A DNA stretch of 64,000 nt, taken from the IMG/VR virus record IMGVR_UViG_3300040801_000524, positions 1 to 64,000 of that record; one strand, written 5' to 3'. Of the stretch, positions 7,219 to 16,977 are shown in pieces; the first letter of the stretch is position 1; each line of letters opens with the position of its first letter. Under the pieces are notes generated by a model. The model was given only the letters and a program-made list of their open reading frames with translations, searched no databases and was not told where the DNA came from. Source of the stretch: a virus. Made by a program: the position numbers and the translations under genes.

Positions 7219-7434
7219 ATGCCAAAAGATTGGAAAGTGACAAAGACCGCTGATGGTGCCACCAAGCGCACCCGCACATCACAGGCGAACAAGATCGGTG
7301 GTCGCAAAGCCGGTAAGGCCGCACGTCTGATGTCTGATGAAGACCTTCAGCGTTACGCCAAGCCCGGTGGCCGTGGGAAAGATCGTGTGCGTGCACGTGC
7401 GGAACTCGAAAGACGTGGTGTGACGTATGCGTGA
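7219..7434 (+). CDS. small basic protein
   Basis: ATG7219 after GAGG; K/R-rich. Confidence 0.65.
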   Translation: MPKDWKVTKTADGATKRTRTSQANKIGGRKAGKAARLMSDEDLQRYAKPGGRGKDRVRARAELERRGVTYA

Positions 7435-7660
7435 GGTTGAAGTGACTTCCAAAGAGAAATTCGCCACCGAAATACATCGGATGTGTCGAGATGAAGACCT
7501 TGACGTGTTCGAAGCGGTGGTTGAATTTTGCTCACGGCATGAATGTGACATGGAAGATGTCATTCCACTACTTGACAATGGCCTTCGTGAAGACATCAAG
7601 GTGGCGTCAATCCGCAACCGCTACGTCCGGGGGTTCAAACTGAATCAACTGGACCTGTAA
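7427..7660 (+). CDS. 33: late promoter transcription co-activator gp33
   Basis: FATEI...EAVVEFC....DMEDV..LL...LREDIK..; directly upstream of gp59 and gp32 as in T4. Confidence 0.85.
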   Translation: MREVEVTSKEKFATEIHRMCRDEDLDVFEAVVEFCSRHECDMEDVIPLLDNGLREDIKVASIRNRYVRGFKLNQLDL

Positions 7661-8260
7661 ATGCTGCCAGATGCTTATGATGCTTATGTGATGTGGATGG
7701 CTATGAAACGCCATTTCACAAGCAAGTACGACTTCATCAAATACAATGGGAAAGTGAAGGCTTCCCGTGAATCCTTCGAGAAGAAGAACTTCAAGAAGTT
7801 TCTGTACGCACTCTCCACGAAATACAAACAAGACCTGAAGGCTTTTCTTGTTGCCGTCTACTGTCGTGATGGCAATGGGGACGTTTGGTGTGGGGAATTG
7901 CTTGAAGACAAGTATCACCAAGAGTTTTTGGCACGTGAGAAGCGTGTACAAGCCCTGACAAAGACTTTCAAGACGGATGTGACCACCATTGCCGACTTCA
8001 TGGAAGAGACCGGTATGAGCTTCAGGGACGTTCTGGTGGGGCACAATGGTAACCTTCCACCCATCATCCAACTTGAGAACAAGGACCTTATTTGCCCTGA
8101 GACGGTGTACATCGTTCACAAGCTGACTGGATTTTTAGACAAAGAAAATGTCCACCCATCGTGGGATGACAACAAACTTCGCTTGACTAAATTGAAGGGG
8201 TTTATTCGTATTGATGATATAGGAAATCTTGCTAATGTCCTTCGATCTGCAATCGGCTAA
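7661..8260 (+). CDS. 59: helicase loader gp59
   Basis: AY..WMAMKRHFT.KYDFIKYNGK...ICPET motif; synteny. Confidence 0.9.
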   Translation: MLPDAYDAYVMWMAMKRHFTSKYDFIKYNGKVKASRESFEKKNFKKFLYALSTKYKQDLKAFLVAVYCRDGNGDVWCGELLEDKYHQEFLAREKRVQALTKTFKTDVTTIADFMEETGMSFRDVLVGHNGNLPPIIQLENKDLICPETVYIVHKLTGFLDKENVHPSWDDNKLRLTKLKGFIRIDDIGNLANVLRSAIG

Positions 8261-8702
8261 AAAATACCTCAGATACGACAATGGGTCTTTCTTTTGGAAA
8301 GAGAGACCGGGCATTCGTTCACGTGTTCGTGTAGGGGATCGTGCTGGACATCTAAACAAACCATCTGGATATAGAATTATTTCTCTGTTTGGTAAAAAAA
8401 TTCCTGAACACAGATTGGTGTGGTTATTTTTTGGAAACACTATCGAAGATGGGCATGTAATAGATCATATAAATGGAATCAGAGATGATAACAGATATGA
8501 GAATCTTCGACATTGCACCCCACACGAAAACATGCAAAATGTTGAAGCGGTTGGTGCATATTGGAGAGAACATGCCAAAAAATTTCAAGCAATGATCATG
8601 GTTGATGGGAAATCCAAATCACTTGGGTATTACGATACGTTAGAAGAAGCCCGAAAAGAATACTTGACAGCGAAGAAGAAATACCATACTATATACAGAT
8701 AG
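8235..8702 (+). CDS. HNH homing endonuclease (HNH_3 plus AP2-like C-terminus)
   Basis: EHRLVW...IDHINGIRDDNRYENLR...KSLGYYDTLEEARKEY; AT-rich. Confidence 0.9.
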   Translation: MSFDLQSAKKYLRYDNGSFFWKERPGIRSRVRVGDRAGHLNKPSGYRIISLFGKKIPEHRLVWLFFGNTIEDGHVIDHINGIRDDNRYENLRHCTPHENMQNVEAVGAYWREHAKKFQAMIMVDGKSKSLGYYDTLEEARKEYLTAKKKYHTIYR

Positions 8703-8786
8703 TGTTTCACACGACACTATACTCTGAAACCTTAGCCTCATTTTAGGGGAAATCCCACTTAGGCACAACAATGGAGAAAATCATCT

Positions 8787-9806
8787 ATGTCATATTTCAG
8801 TTCCATGAAGAAAAACCGAAAGAATCGTTCCGCAAAACTCCGTGAGAAAATCGAGAAGGACTCCCAGAAGGGTGGTTCCAGTCACGATGATCCCCGAGAG
8901 TGGAAGCTGACCCGTGACAAGGCGTCAAACGGATTTGCGGTAATCCGATTCCTTCCCCCATCCGAGGCCGACATCAAAGCGGCCGGTCCCGATGCCAGTC
9001 CTGAAGACATCGAACCGTGGGCACTGCTGTACAAACACGGTTTCAAGGTCAACGGCAAGTGGTTCATCAACGAATGTCCCCGCACCATTGGTAAAGACTG
9101 CCCGGTCTGTGAGGCCGAGAAAGAAGCGGTCGAAGCTGCCGGTGGTTGGGATTTGCCCCGTGAACATCCCGCACGCAAGCGTTACACTGAACGCAAGGGT
9201 GGCAAAAACTACTACAGCAACATCCTTGTGGTCAAGGACCCGGCCAACCCGGAGAACGAAGGCAAGGTCTTCATCTTCCGGTACGGTGCCAAGATTCATG
9301 AAAAGCTGGTTGCCCCGATGTTCCCGGAGTTCGAAGATGAAGAATCCATGGACCCGTTCTGCCCTTGGGAAGGTGCGAATTTCAAGCTGAAGGTCATGAA
9401 GAAAGACGGTTACGTGAACTACGACCGTTCTGAATTCGAATCTCCGTCTGCCATCGCTGATGATGACGAAGAGATCGAAGCCATTCTCGGCCAGATGCAT
9501 GAACTGAGTTCCTACCTGAAGGAAGACAAGTTCAAGGACTACGACAAGCTGAAGGCTGAGTACGAACGCATCATCAACGGCAAGGCCCCGACCCGTTCAT
9601 CCATCGAAGACGATGACGATGAAGCGGCCGGTGGTACCCGTGATCGCAAGGTCAATGACGATGACGACAAGCCCGCACGCACGTCTGGCAGACGCACCAA
9701 ACCCGCAAAGAAGGAAGAAGCTGAAGAACCGGCCGAATCCAACGACAGCGGTGAAGAAGATGGGGATGACATGGCCTACTTCCAAGGTCTCTTGGATGAA
9801 GACTGA
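8787..9806 (+). CDS. 32: single-stranded DNA-binding protein gp32
   Basis: DPREWKL...NGFAVIRFLP...HGFK.NGKWFINECP.T.GKDCPVC...VVKDPANPENEGKVF...NYDRSEF; acidic tail. Confidence 0.97.
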   Translation: MSYFSSMKKNRKNRSAKLREKIEKDSQKGGSSHDDPREWKLTRDKASNGFAVIRFLPPSEADIKAAGPDASPEDIEPWALLYKHGFKVNGKWFINECPRTIGKDCPVCEAEKEAVEAAGGWDLPREHPARKRYTERKGGKNYYSNILVVKDPANPENEGKVFIFRYGAKIHEKLVAPMFPEFEDEESMDPFCPWEGANFKLKVMKKDGYVNYDRSEFESPSAIADDDEEIEAILGQMHELSSYLKEDKFKDYDKLKAEYERIINGKAPTRSSIEDDDDEAAGGTRDRKVNDDDDKPARTSGRRTKPAKKEEAEEPAESNDSGEEDGDDMAYFQGLLDED

Positions 9807-9825
9807 TAAATCCGCAACTTAGGAG

Positions 9826-9858
9826 AAGGGGGACCCGGGAGACCGGGTTCCCTTTTTT
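9826..9858 (+). terminator. rho-independent terminator
   Basis: GGGGACCCGG-GAGA-CCGGGTTCCC followed by a T tract. Confidence 0.85.
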
Positions 9859-9864
9859 GGTGAT

Positions 9865-10053
9865 ATGAGCAACAAAAAACTATACTCTTTCCGATTCGAC
9901 ACTGGTCTGATAGAACAGATTGACGAAATCGCTGTAGACAACTACACCAATCGAACCGAGTACCTTACCCGGCTGATGGTGAAGGACCTACAAGAACGTC
10001 AGTTACGCCAGACCGTGGGTAATGAATCGGTCGGTCACTCGCTGCAAGGTTGA
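9865..10053 (+). CDS. ribbon-helix-helix (CopG/Arc-like) DNA-binding protein
   Basis: YSFRFDTGLIEQIDEIA.....NRTEYLTRLM fits the RHH pattern. Confidence 0.65.
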   Translation: MSNKKLYSFRFDTGLIEQIDEIAVDNYTNRTEYLTRLMVKDLQERQLRQTVGNESVGHSLQG

Positions 10054-12858
10054 GTCTCCATTTCTGGCTGACTTCTGACCACCACCGGTTGAACGACCAG
10101 TGCTTGCTGACTGTTGTGCCAATGAATGACTTTTCTGCGGTGGTAGCTGGACCGGTGCCTGTGGCTTGTTGGCCATAGCTTTGGCATCATTGTACCCAAC
10201 AATAGAACGTTCCAACGCTGCCGTTTGAATCTTGCCCGGGGTTTCATCCGGACTTTCCAACTTGGCCGCACGCATCGCTTCACGAATTTCATCACTGGAT
10301 GTTCCTGTGGCCTGTCCATAAGCAGATCGACCACTTCGTGGGTCTGCAACAGATGCCCACTCACGTGACAATTCACGCTGGAACTGTGCTTCCGACATCT
10401 CCCCACGTTGGAACTTGGCAAGACCACGTTTCATCAACAGGGAATCACCGATCTGTTCCTGAAGGGTGGAATCGAACAACGCATCATCCGAGAACCCAAG
10501 TTTCTTCTGTTGTTCAGCAAGGGTTCCCTGAGTAACCTGATACTTACCTACCGCACCCGTACCCATGCGTGTGCCCGGGATGGTTCCCTTGGTGGCTGCA
10601 ATCTGTTTCTTTTGGAATGCCTTGACTTCGGCCACGGTCATCTGTGACAATGGCTTGTCTGGCATTGCGTACTGACCATATCCGTAGGGAACATCGTACC
10701 CGGATTCAAAACCATGTTTGCGTGCCTTCGCATCGCTGGTACCTTCACCTTCGGCAATCTCATTGCGCAGACGATCAAATCCAGACCCGGTTAGAACACC
10801 GGCATTGTCTTTTGCCTGATCGACAGTCGGTCCACCCATGGTACCACGGCCAGCCGGTTTCCCACCCGATTCTTCCGTCCACGGCTTTCCAGCCGCATCT
10901 GTAAGGATGTCACCAGTGTAATTCTCACCTTCGTAGATCGGGGCACCGGTATCAGTGTATGCAACCGGCTTCGCTTCATCTGACCAGAAGTCATACCATG
11001 CCGGACCTTCCCGAGCTTCCTTGTTCACATTGGAGATTCGCTTGTCAACACCGGCCATTGCCTGTTCCTGTTCCTTCTTCACGTCATCCTTGGTAATGTC
11101 ACGTGCCAGAAGGGCCGCATCGATACCAGCGGACACGGCTGTACCCGCACCCGGGACAAGGGATACCGCACCGGATGCAAGTTCCGCACCGGCACCGGCA
11201 TAATCACCCTCAAGCAAACGGGAAATAGCGAATGCGCCACCGGCCAACAGACCAATGACTGGAATCTTCTTCAACAGGGACTTGCCGATACCTTTACCAG
11301 CCGACTTGGTAGCAGACTTGGCAACACCACCGGTTGCTTTCGCTGCCGCTTCTGTAGCTGCCGGGGCAACCTTTTCCTGTAGCTTGGTGAAGCTGCCAGT
11401 CAACTTGTCACCCATCTTGGACATGCCAACCATACCAGCAAGACCGGCCGCACCGGTTACAGCCGGTTTGGCAAACTTCAGAAGGGCCGAAGCTGGCTTC
11501 TTGAACTTCCCGGCCATCTTCCCAAGAATACCGGCACCAGCGGCCCCGGCAACACCACCGACCACTTCATCAAACATGCCACCATCACCACCCCCACCAA
11601 ATCCACCGGCTTTGCCGATCTTGGTGAAGGACTTGTCCATTTTCTCAAGGTGGCCGATCATGGTGTCGAACTTCTCAAGGACTTCTTCTTGCCACTGGAC
11701 ACGTTCAGCATGACGTTCATCATCTTCACGTTCATCATCACGGCCACGGATTCTCTCAAAGTTCTCCATGGTCTTGGATTCGAGATCGTCCACACGTGAA
11801 CTTGGATCGATGGCTTCCTCAAGGACTTCGGCCGAACGTCTCATGCTGGCCATGGCTTCTTGACGTTGTTCTTCCATCTCGGCATCATGATCACGAACGA
11901 ATGATGCTGACGCACCACCGGTTACACCGAAGATGTCTGCCAGATCATCGGCCGACAGCGGGGCATCACCGGTATCCGAGTATTCGTCTTCAGGGAATGC
12001 GAACCCACCGGCAAACGCTTCGGCAATACCAGCCTGAATGCCTTCTTGGAGACCTTCTTGGAATGCTTCTTGCATCTCTTCGCTGTCGAAACTCTGGGCC
12101 GCTTCCATGTTGGCCTTGTCAATTTCTTCTTGACGTTTGGCAGCAAGGTCCTGATCCTTCTTTCGATCTTCTTCGATGACCTTGGCGTAGTTCTGTCTGC
12201 GAAGGTCTTCCGCAACCATCTTGCGTTCCATTTGCTTACGGCCACGATACGAACGGACGGCATCGGCACCGACCTTAAACAGACCCATGGCAATCGGGTT
12301 GTTGTCAAAGAAGCCCGCTGCCAGTGATTGGATGTCAAGGTACTGTTCGGTCAGTTCCCCCATCTTGTTCATACCACGGGTCAGAAGGTTGGAACGCTTC
12401 TCATGTTCACGTTGCATGAACTTCAAGGACTTGCCATACTGTTCCAGAAGGAAATCACGTTCCTGAAGTTCATCATCGTTGATGATCTGTTCAGTCAACG
12501 CTTGCATTCTGGTGATGTTGGCCTTCAATTCATCCCGGGTCATTCGGTGCACATCCGAGACCACATCTTTCAGGGAATCCACGTAGAGTTTGGTGACTTC
12601 GTTTGACTCAAAGGGATTTTGGACATCCCGGGTGTCGGTTTGTCCACGGATGTAGGCCGCTTCTTGCTGCGCTTCCAGATCGGCAATGCGATTGCTGATC
12701 TTTCGTTCGATCTTGTGAACAGCCTTGGTGACATCGAACGCATCGTCTTTCATCTGTCGATTGATCGAATCCAACAGACGATTTGTCTCTTTTGCGGTCG
12801 CTTTATCACGAATCGCATCAACGATTTGTCCGAATCCACCTTTGTTGTCTATTGGCAT
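10003..12858 (-). CDS. tape measure/baseplate hub protein (gp29-like) with C-terminal muramidase domain
   Basis: long helical N-terminus, Gly/Ala-rich LLKKIPVIGLLAG segment, IAEGEGT...YDVPYG...AVGKYQ...QEQIG...EWAS lysozyme-like domain; follows gp26/gp51. Confidence 0.8.
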   Translation of the reverse strand: MPIDNKGGFGQIVDAIRDKATAKETNRLLDSINRQMKDDAFDVTKAVHKIERKISNRIADLEAQQEAAYIRGQTDTRDVQNPFESNEVTKLYVDSLKDVVSDVHRMTRDELKANITRMQALTEQIINDDELQERDFLLEQYGKSLKFMQREHEKRSNLLTRGMNKMGELTEQYLDIQSLAAGFFDNNPIAMGLFKVGADAVRSYRGRKQMERKMVAEDLRRQNYAKVIEEDRKKDQDLAAKRQEEIDKANMEAAQSFDSEEMQEAFQEGLQEGIQAGIAEAFAGGFAFPEDEYSDTGDAPLSADDLADIFGVTGGASASFVRDHDAEMEEQRQEAMASMRRSAEVLEEAIDPSSRVDDLESKTMENFERIRGRDDEREDDERHAERVQWQEEVLEKFDTMIGHLEKMDKSFTKIGKAGGFGGGGDGGMFDEVVGGVAGAAGAGILGKMAGKFKKPASALLKFAKPAVTGAAGLAGMVGMSKMGDKLTGSFTKLQEKVAPAATEAAAKATGGVAKSATKSAGKGIGKSLLKKIPVIGLLAGGAFAISRLLEGDYAGAGAELASGAVSLVPGAGTAVSAGIDAALLARDITKDDVKKEQEQAMAGVDKRISNVNKEAREGPAWYDFWSDEAKPVAYTDTGAPIYEGENYTGDILTDAAGKPWTEESGGKPAGRGTMGGPTVDQAKDNAGVLTGSGFDRLRNEIAEGEGTSDAKARKHGFESGYDVPYGYGQYAMPDKPLSQMTVAEVKAFQKKQIAATKGTIPGTRMGTGAVGKYQVTQGTLAEQQKKLGFSDDALFDSTLQEQIGDSLLMKRGLAKFQRGEMSEAQFQRELSREWASVADPRSGRSAYGQATGTSSDEIREAMRAAKLESPDETPGKIQTAALERSIVGYNDAKAMANKPQAPVQLPPQKSHSLAQQSASTGRSTGGGQKSARNGDSTLQRVTDRFITHGLA

Positions 12859-12859
12859 T

Positions 12860-13036
12860 TTACTGGCCTTTGTTCATCCGTTCTTGTTCTTTGTTCAGGT
12901 GATCTATCAACATGAGAGTGTAAATCTCACGTTCGAAGGGAACCACCCCTTCCAAGTCTTCGAGTCGATAACCAAAATTGTGCATCATCAAGAAGTTGGT
13001 CCGATACAAGGACATCAACTCCCCATCACCAAACAT
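12860..13036 (-). CDS. 51: gp51-like baseplate hub assembly protein (short form)
   Basis: MFGDGELMSLYRTNFLMMHNFGYRLEDLEGVVPFEREIYTLMLIDHL..., matching the YxTNF.LM..H.Y.L..LE..PWER.IY motif; missing from the ORF track. Confidence 0.8.
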   Translation of the reverse strand: MFGDGELMSLYRTNFLMMHNFGYRLEDLEGVVPFEREIYTLMLIDHLNKEQERMNKGQ

Positions 13037-13779
13037 CACGCTAAAAAATCATTCAATCCGGTCAACGTGATCTTGTCTTCATTGCCACACTTCGGGCACT
13101 TCAGCGGCAACACCATTTCCAAACGGGGCATGGTGTCAATGAAGGTTTCGAGCTTCTTCAGGTTATCCTCATGAAGGTTGCCCAAAAACACTTCCAGTTC
13201 ATCCGGGGTGAAATCCTTGCCCGGGGTGTGAACCCTGTCGGTGTCGAACACGTTCACGATACACGAAGAAATCACATCAAGCCCCTTCTCCAACAGGTTC
13301 TTGGCCGATTGGGTCTTGTACACCCCATACGGAAGATCACGCATGGTCACACCGATGTTGTCGGTCAACATGATCTTGTATTCATGCCCTTCCGGCCGGA
13401 AGACCTGAACATCGTTCAGCGGAATCTGAACCGGGATTTTGGTACCACACTTGGTTGCCATACCCACCGGCTTGTCTTCGCTGATTTCAGCGTTGCATCG
13501 GTAGAACATGTTCACCAGTTCCCCCGAGGACTTCGCCCGCACGTTCAGCATGACGTATTCAACATCGTAGACCGGGCTGGAATCGATGTCGAAGGCATCA
13601 AAGGTACACTGTCGAATCACGTCTTCAACAGCGTTGTTCAACTGCCCTTCATCCTTCATTTCGATTGCCTGAAGCATCAATTTCTGTTCACGTACCACGA
13701 ACGGTCGATACTTCAGTTGTTTTCCCGTAGACGGCACCGTCAAGGTGTACTTCGGGGTTTCAATTGTTGGTAGACTCAT
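13036..13779 (-). CDS. 26: baseplate hub assembly protein gp26
   Basis: MSLPTIETPKY.L.VPSTGK.LKYRPF.VREQK...DVEY.ML..RAKS.GE...CPKCG......L.GL.DF. Confidence 0.9.
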   Translation of the reverse strand: MSLPTIETPKYTLTVPSTGKQLKYRPFVVREQKLMLQAIEMKDEGQLNNAVEDVIRQCTFDAFDIDSSPVYDVEYVMLNVRAKSSGELVNMFYRCNAEISEDKPVGMATKCGTKIPVQIPLNDVQVFRPEGHEYKIMLTDNIGVTMRDLPYGVYKTQSAKNLLEKGLDVISSCIVNVFDTDRVHTPGKDFTPDELEVFLGNLHEDNLKKLETFIDTMPRLEMVLPLKCPKCGNEDKITLTGLNDFLA

Positions 13780-13796
13780 GTTATTTCACTCCAAAA

Positions 13797-14384
13797 TCAA
13801 AAGGCTATGTTTCTCCATCGTCTGTAGGCTAAACTCACGGTTACCGAAACGAATTCGTTTTGGCTACCATAGGAATAGTCCACCGCACCGATATTTATGG
13901 GGTATGCTTCATCCAGTTTCACCCCGTACATGATGTTGTTGTTCTTGTCCAATTGATACATTTCCACGGTGGAGATGTACTCATTGTAGAAGTTCAAACT
14001 GTTCATCCCCACGTTCATGACGGTCTCTTGCCAGATTTCGAAGAACTTGCGTTCACGAAGGTCTTCAGATGCCACGAAGGTGAATGACACTTCATCGTAC
14101 ATGGCTGAGTACGGAAGTTTGTACGGAACCCCGGTGTGACGGGTTTCGACCGTCATCAAAGACCGTGGTGGGAATGACATGTTGATGCATCTCATTGACA
14201 ATTGAGGACCGTTGTTGTACTCATTGTTCACCCGGCCGATTTCCCCGGCCAAGCTGGATTGGTTCAAGGCACCCCAGTTGTCCCCCTGAATACCCGATGG
14301 CATGCTGAATGTCACCCAATAGCGGTTGGGTGAGGCAACCCCCTGTCTCCCCAACTTGTTGATGAATTCGTTCATTGAGATCAC
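13797..14384 (-). CDS. 54: baseplate-tail tube initiator (gp54-like, tube fold)
   Basis: PNRY...ERKFFEIWQ...FYNEY...YQLD...EAYPINIG.VDYS...V.LAYR.W; GTG start with GGAG SD. Confidence 0.75.
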   Translation of the reverse strand: MISMNEFINKLGRQGVASPNRYWVTFSMPSGIQGDNWGALNQSSLAGEIGRVNNEYNNGPQLSMRCINMSFPPRSLMTVETRHTGVPYKLPYSAMYDEVSFTFVASEDLRERKFFEIWQETVMNVGMNSLNFYNEYISTVEMYQLDKNNNIMYGVKLDEAYPINIGAVDYSYGSQNEFVSVTVSLAYRRWRNIAF

Positions 14385-14398
14385 TGTCTTTTCTCCGG

Positions 14399-15241
14399 TT
14401 AGCTTCTACTATCTGCCCACACTTCACGCTTGTTGGCCTTACGGAACTGTTCGACCGGCAAGAATGCGGCATTCTCCCATTCGTCAGAGAGAACTTCAGC
14501 GAACGGTGATCTGACGTGGGAATACAGATACCGCTTGATGGTTGGTTCAAAAACCGGGGTACCGGCCAACCCTTTCAAAATACCGTAGGATACGGCCATG
14601 TACTTCTCTTTCTTCCCGTTCACGGTATGGGAATGTTCGAGGCTGAACAGATGGTCCAGCAACTTGGCACGCATGATGTACGGCAGATAGTGAAGGTTCA
14701 TCCCGAGGAACCCATCGTTGTAGTATTCGATGGGGATCACCAACGGGAATACGTCATAGTAAGGAAGGATTTTCTTCCACTTCGGATCATAGATGTAGAA
14801 GTACATGTGCCCGATCATCGGACGATTGGTGTTCCGAAGGTTGCGCTTGAATTCGGCATCCATGGTGGTGTTCGACTTCAACGCTTTGTTGATCTGTGCA
14901 CGTCTGTTGGAAACCCGAACGTCTGGATCGTTCTGAGACACCCCAGATCGTTGCGCACGCTGTCCTACTCTGACTTCCTGTTCAGGCGTGCGTGCCCGTG
15001 CGGGAGTGGGTCTTGGGGCCGTTTTGGATTCCTTGGCACGCTGTTGTGCCATGGCTGCCTGTTGTGCTTCGAGTTCTTTCTTGTTGAAAGCCCCGGCTGT
15101 GCGCACACGCTTGCCCCCGAAGGCATCTGTGACCCTACCCTTGAACCAGTCCATGGACGACTGGGTGGCCTTCTTCAAGGCTTGACCAGTCATCTTCTTG
15201 AACTTGTTCTGGATTACGGGGAAAATTCGAAATAGTGGCAT
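14399..15241 (-). CDS. 2: DNA end protector protein gp2
   Basis: GHMYFYIYDPK.K..LPYYD.FPLV...GFLG.NLHYLP...IKRYLYSHVRS...WE.A.FLPVEQF. Confidence 0.93.
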   Translation of the reverse strand: MPLFRIFPVIQNKFKKMTGQALKKATQSSMDWFKGRVTDAFGGKRVRTAGAFNKKELEAQQAAMAQQRAKESKTAPRPTPARARTPEQEVRVGQRAQRSGVSQNDPDVRVSNRRAQINKALKSNTTMDAEFKRNLRNTNRPMIGHMYFYIYDPKWKKILPYYDVFPLVIPIEYYNDGFLGMNLHYLPYIMRAKLLDHLFSLEHSHTVNGKKEKYMAVSYGILKGLAGTPVFEPTIKRYLYSHVRSPFAEVLSDEWENAAFLPVEQFRKANKREVWADSRS

Positions 15242-15678
15242 TATCGATTCCCCTTTGACGCATTGTCTGGACCGGTAAGAACCTGAAGATTTTCATGCAC
15301 ATGAAGACCGCATACCCAATCGGATTGAAGTGGGTAGATGTGATCAACATGGTGCTGAACTCCGGTTGTTTCGGTCATTCGATCCCTTTCCTCATAGACA
15401 AGGATGCACTTTTTCTTGTCATACCAACTTGGTGTTGCCAACTTTTTGGCTGCCCTTCTGTGTGCTTCATGTTCTGCATATTTGGCCTTGTTGATTCTCT
15501 TGTGGCTGGCTTTGAGGTCATTCCAGTGACTATTCCCAGAATAATACTCTTTGTGGCAATCGACACAACGACCTGTTGACGTGTATCGTTCTGCCACATG
15601 ACCATTCTTACACGGCTTTCCTGTAAAGTACCGAACATCACCCCGATTCTTGGCATGGTATCTCTCAGAAATATTCAT
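15241..15678 (-). CDS. HNH homing endonuclease
   Basis: YFTGKPCKNGH...C..C; RRAAK..ATP.W; HVDHIYPLQ...VCGLHV.ENLQVL...N.SKGN. Confidence 0.9.
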   Translation of the reverse strand: MNISERYHAKNRGDVRYFTGKPCKNGHVAERYTSTGRCVDCHKEYYSGNSHWNDLKASHKRINKAKYAEHEAHRRAAKKLATPSWYDKKKCILVYEERDRMTETTGVQHHVDHIYPLQSDWVCGLHVHENLQVLTGPDNASKGNR

Positions 15679-16148
15679 TGGGGTCTCTTCTTAATCCCAA
15701 GGTCATATTCATCTGCAACCACGAATTTCATGCCACGTTTGCGTGCGTACTCTCTGGCCGCATCCCATTTGTCTTGGTTGACTTGGTAAGTCATCATTTC
15801 TTTCAGGTACCTTGCCTTTGCCTTTCCGGTCATTCGTTTGGGTGGTTTCGGTAGATTCCGTTCCTTGTTTGGCTTCACTTCGATCATCAAGTTCTCCACG
15901 GTTCCATCCCGCTTTTTGATCTTGATGATGAAGTCAACGAAGTACCTACGCCACTTCTTGTTCACCTTCGAGTAGTAAGGTATCGGGTGCGGTTCAGATG
16001 CCCACTTCAAAATCGATGGGTCTGTGTCGCACCGGACCATGAGTTTCCTTTCCCATGATGACCTAAATACTATGTTGTTGACATCACCCACATATTTCTC
16101 TGGATTGGTGGGTGCGAAGAATCCTTGCAATGTTTTTGAATTACTCAT
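15675..16148 (-). CDS. 4: head completion protein gp4 (TnsA-like nuclease fold)
   Basis: P.NPEKYVGD..NIVFRSSWE...WASE...RRYFVDF...IEVKP...NQDKW.AA. Confidence 0.95.
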   Translation of the reverse strand: MSNSKTLQGFFAPTNPEKYVGDVNNIVFRSSWERKLMVRCDTDPSILKWASEPHPIPYYSKVNKKWRRYFVDFIIKIKKRDGTVENLMIEVKPNKERNLPKPPKRMTGKAKARYLKEMMTYQVNQDKWDAAREYARKRGMKFVVADEYDLGIKKRPQ

Positions 16149-16165
16149 ACATACAGTTATTTAGG
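16062..16165. promoter_or_regulatory. pair of oppositely oriented T4-type late promoters at the gp4/gp48 junction
   Basis: CCTAAATA at 16062-16069 (+) and CCTAAATA at 16165-16158 (-). Confidence 0.6.
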
Positions 16166-16176
16166 GCTGATTTCGA

Positions 16177-16977
16177 ATGGCAAAAGACCTACACTACCCA
16201 AGACAACTCGAAGATTCCTTGGTGGACTCATATTTCGATGATTCCGCTGTGTCGGCTGTGAAGTTTTCTATCTTCGGCCGTCCGAATTCTCAGTCGGCCA
16301 ATTTTGAACGTAACATCGTGTTATATATGCCAGAATCCCTATCCAACCCGACCAACGTGTCATGGGATTCTCAGGCTTTCGGGGCCGGTGGTTCAAACGT
16401 GGTTGACGGGGCTGGACTGGGGAACATTGCATCGGATGTCATGGACCAAGCGTCAGAGAACGTGCAAAGCTACCTGAAACTTCTTCAGGGTAAGCTGTCT
16501 GGTTCAACGGCCGCATCTGGGGAAGACCTTCGTGCACTGGCCACATCCAAGATCAGAAACCCGTATCTGAAGATGCTATTCCGTGGCCTGAACTTCAGAA
16601 ACTTCGAGTACCTTTTCAAGTTCACACCGCACACCGAAGAAGAATCGGATCAGGTGTTCGAGATCATCCAAGAATTCAGACGGGCCGCACTTCCAGCAAC
16701 ATCCGGTGGAACCGAGGGGAAGCCCGATCCAAACGCATTCAAATTGGAGTACCCGAAAGAAGTCCAGATCGAATACCTGTATCAGGGTGACACCCACAAA
16801 TGGCTGAACAAGTTCAAACGATGTGTCATCACCGATCTGAACGTCAACTACACAGGTGCGGGCTTCTATGCATCCATGCGCAACGGGTTCCCGGCACAAA
16901 CGGAACTGCGTCTGGTGTTCTCTGAAATCGAACTGGTGTACAGAGAAGACGTATCAACAACAGGACCAAGCTACTGA
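16177..16977 (+). CDS. 48: baseplate tail tube cap gp48
   Basis: IVLYMP...NPYLKMLF.G..FR.F.Y.FKF.P...E...V..II..FR...C.IT...VNY...L.F.E.E. Confidence 0.88.
   Translation: MAKDLHYPRQLEDSLVDSYFDDSAVSAVKFSIFGRPNSQSANFERNIVLYMPESLSNPTNVSWDSQAFGAGGSNVVDGAGLGNIASDVMDQASENVQSYLKLLQGKLSGSTAASGEDLRALATSKIRNPYLKMLFRGLNFRNFEYLFKFTPHTEEESDQVFEIIQEFRRAALPATSGGTEGKPDPNAFKLEYPKEVQIEYLYQGDTHKWLNKFKRCVITDLNVNYTGAGFYASMRNGFPAQTELRLVFSEIELVYREDVSTTGPSY

Noticed and set aside
8703-8786. T4 gene 32-type autoregulatory pseudoknot leader
   Set aside because: Only short hairpins are visible; I could not identify a pseudoknot or a long unstructured AU-rich operator
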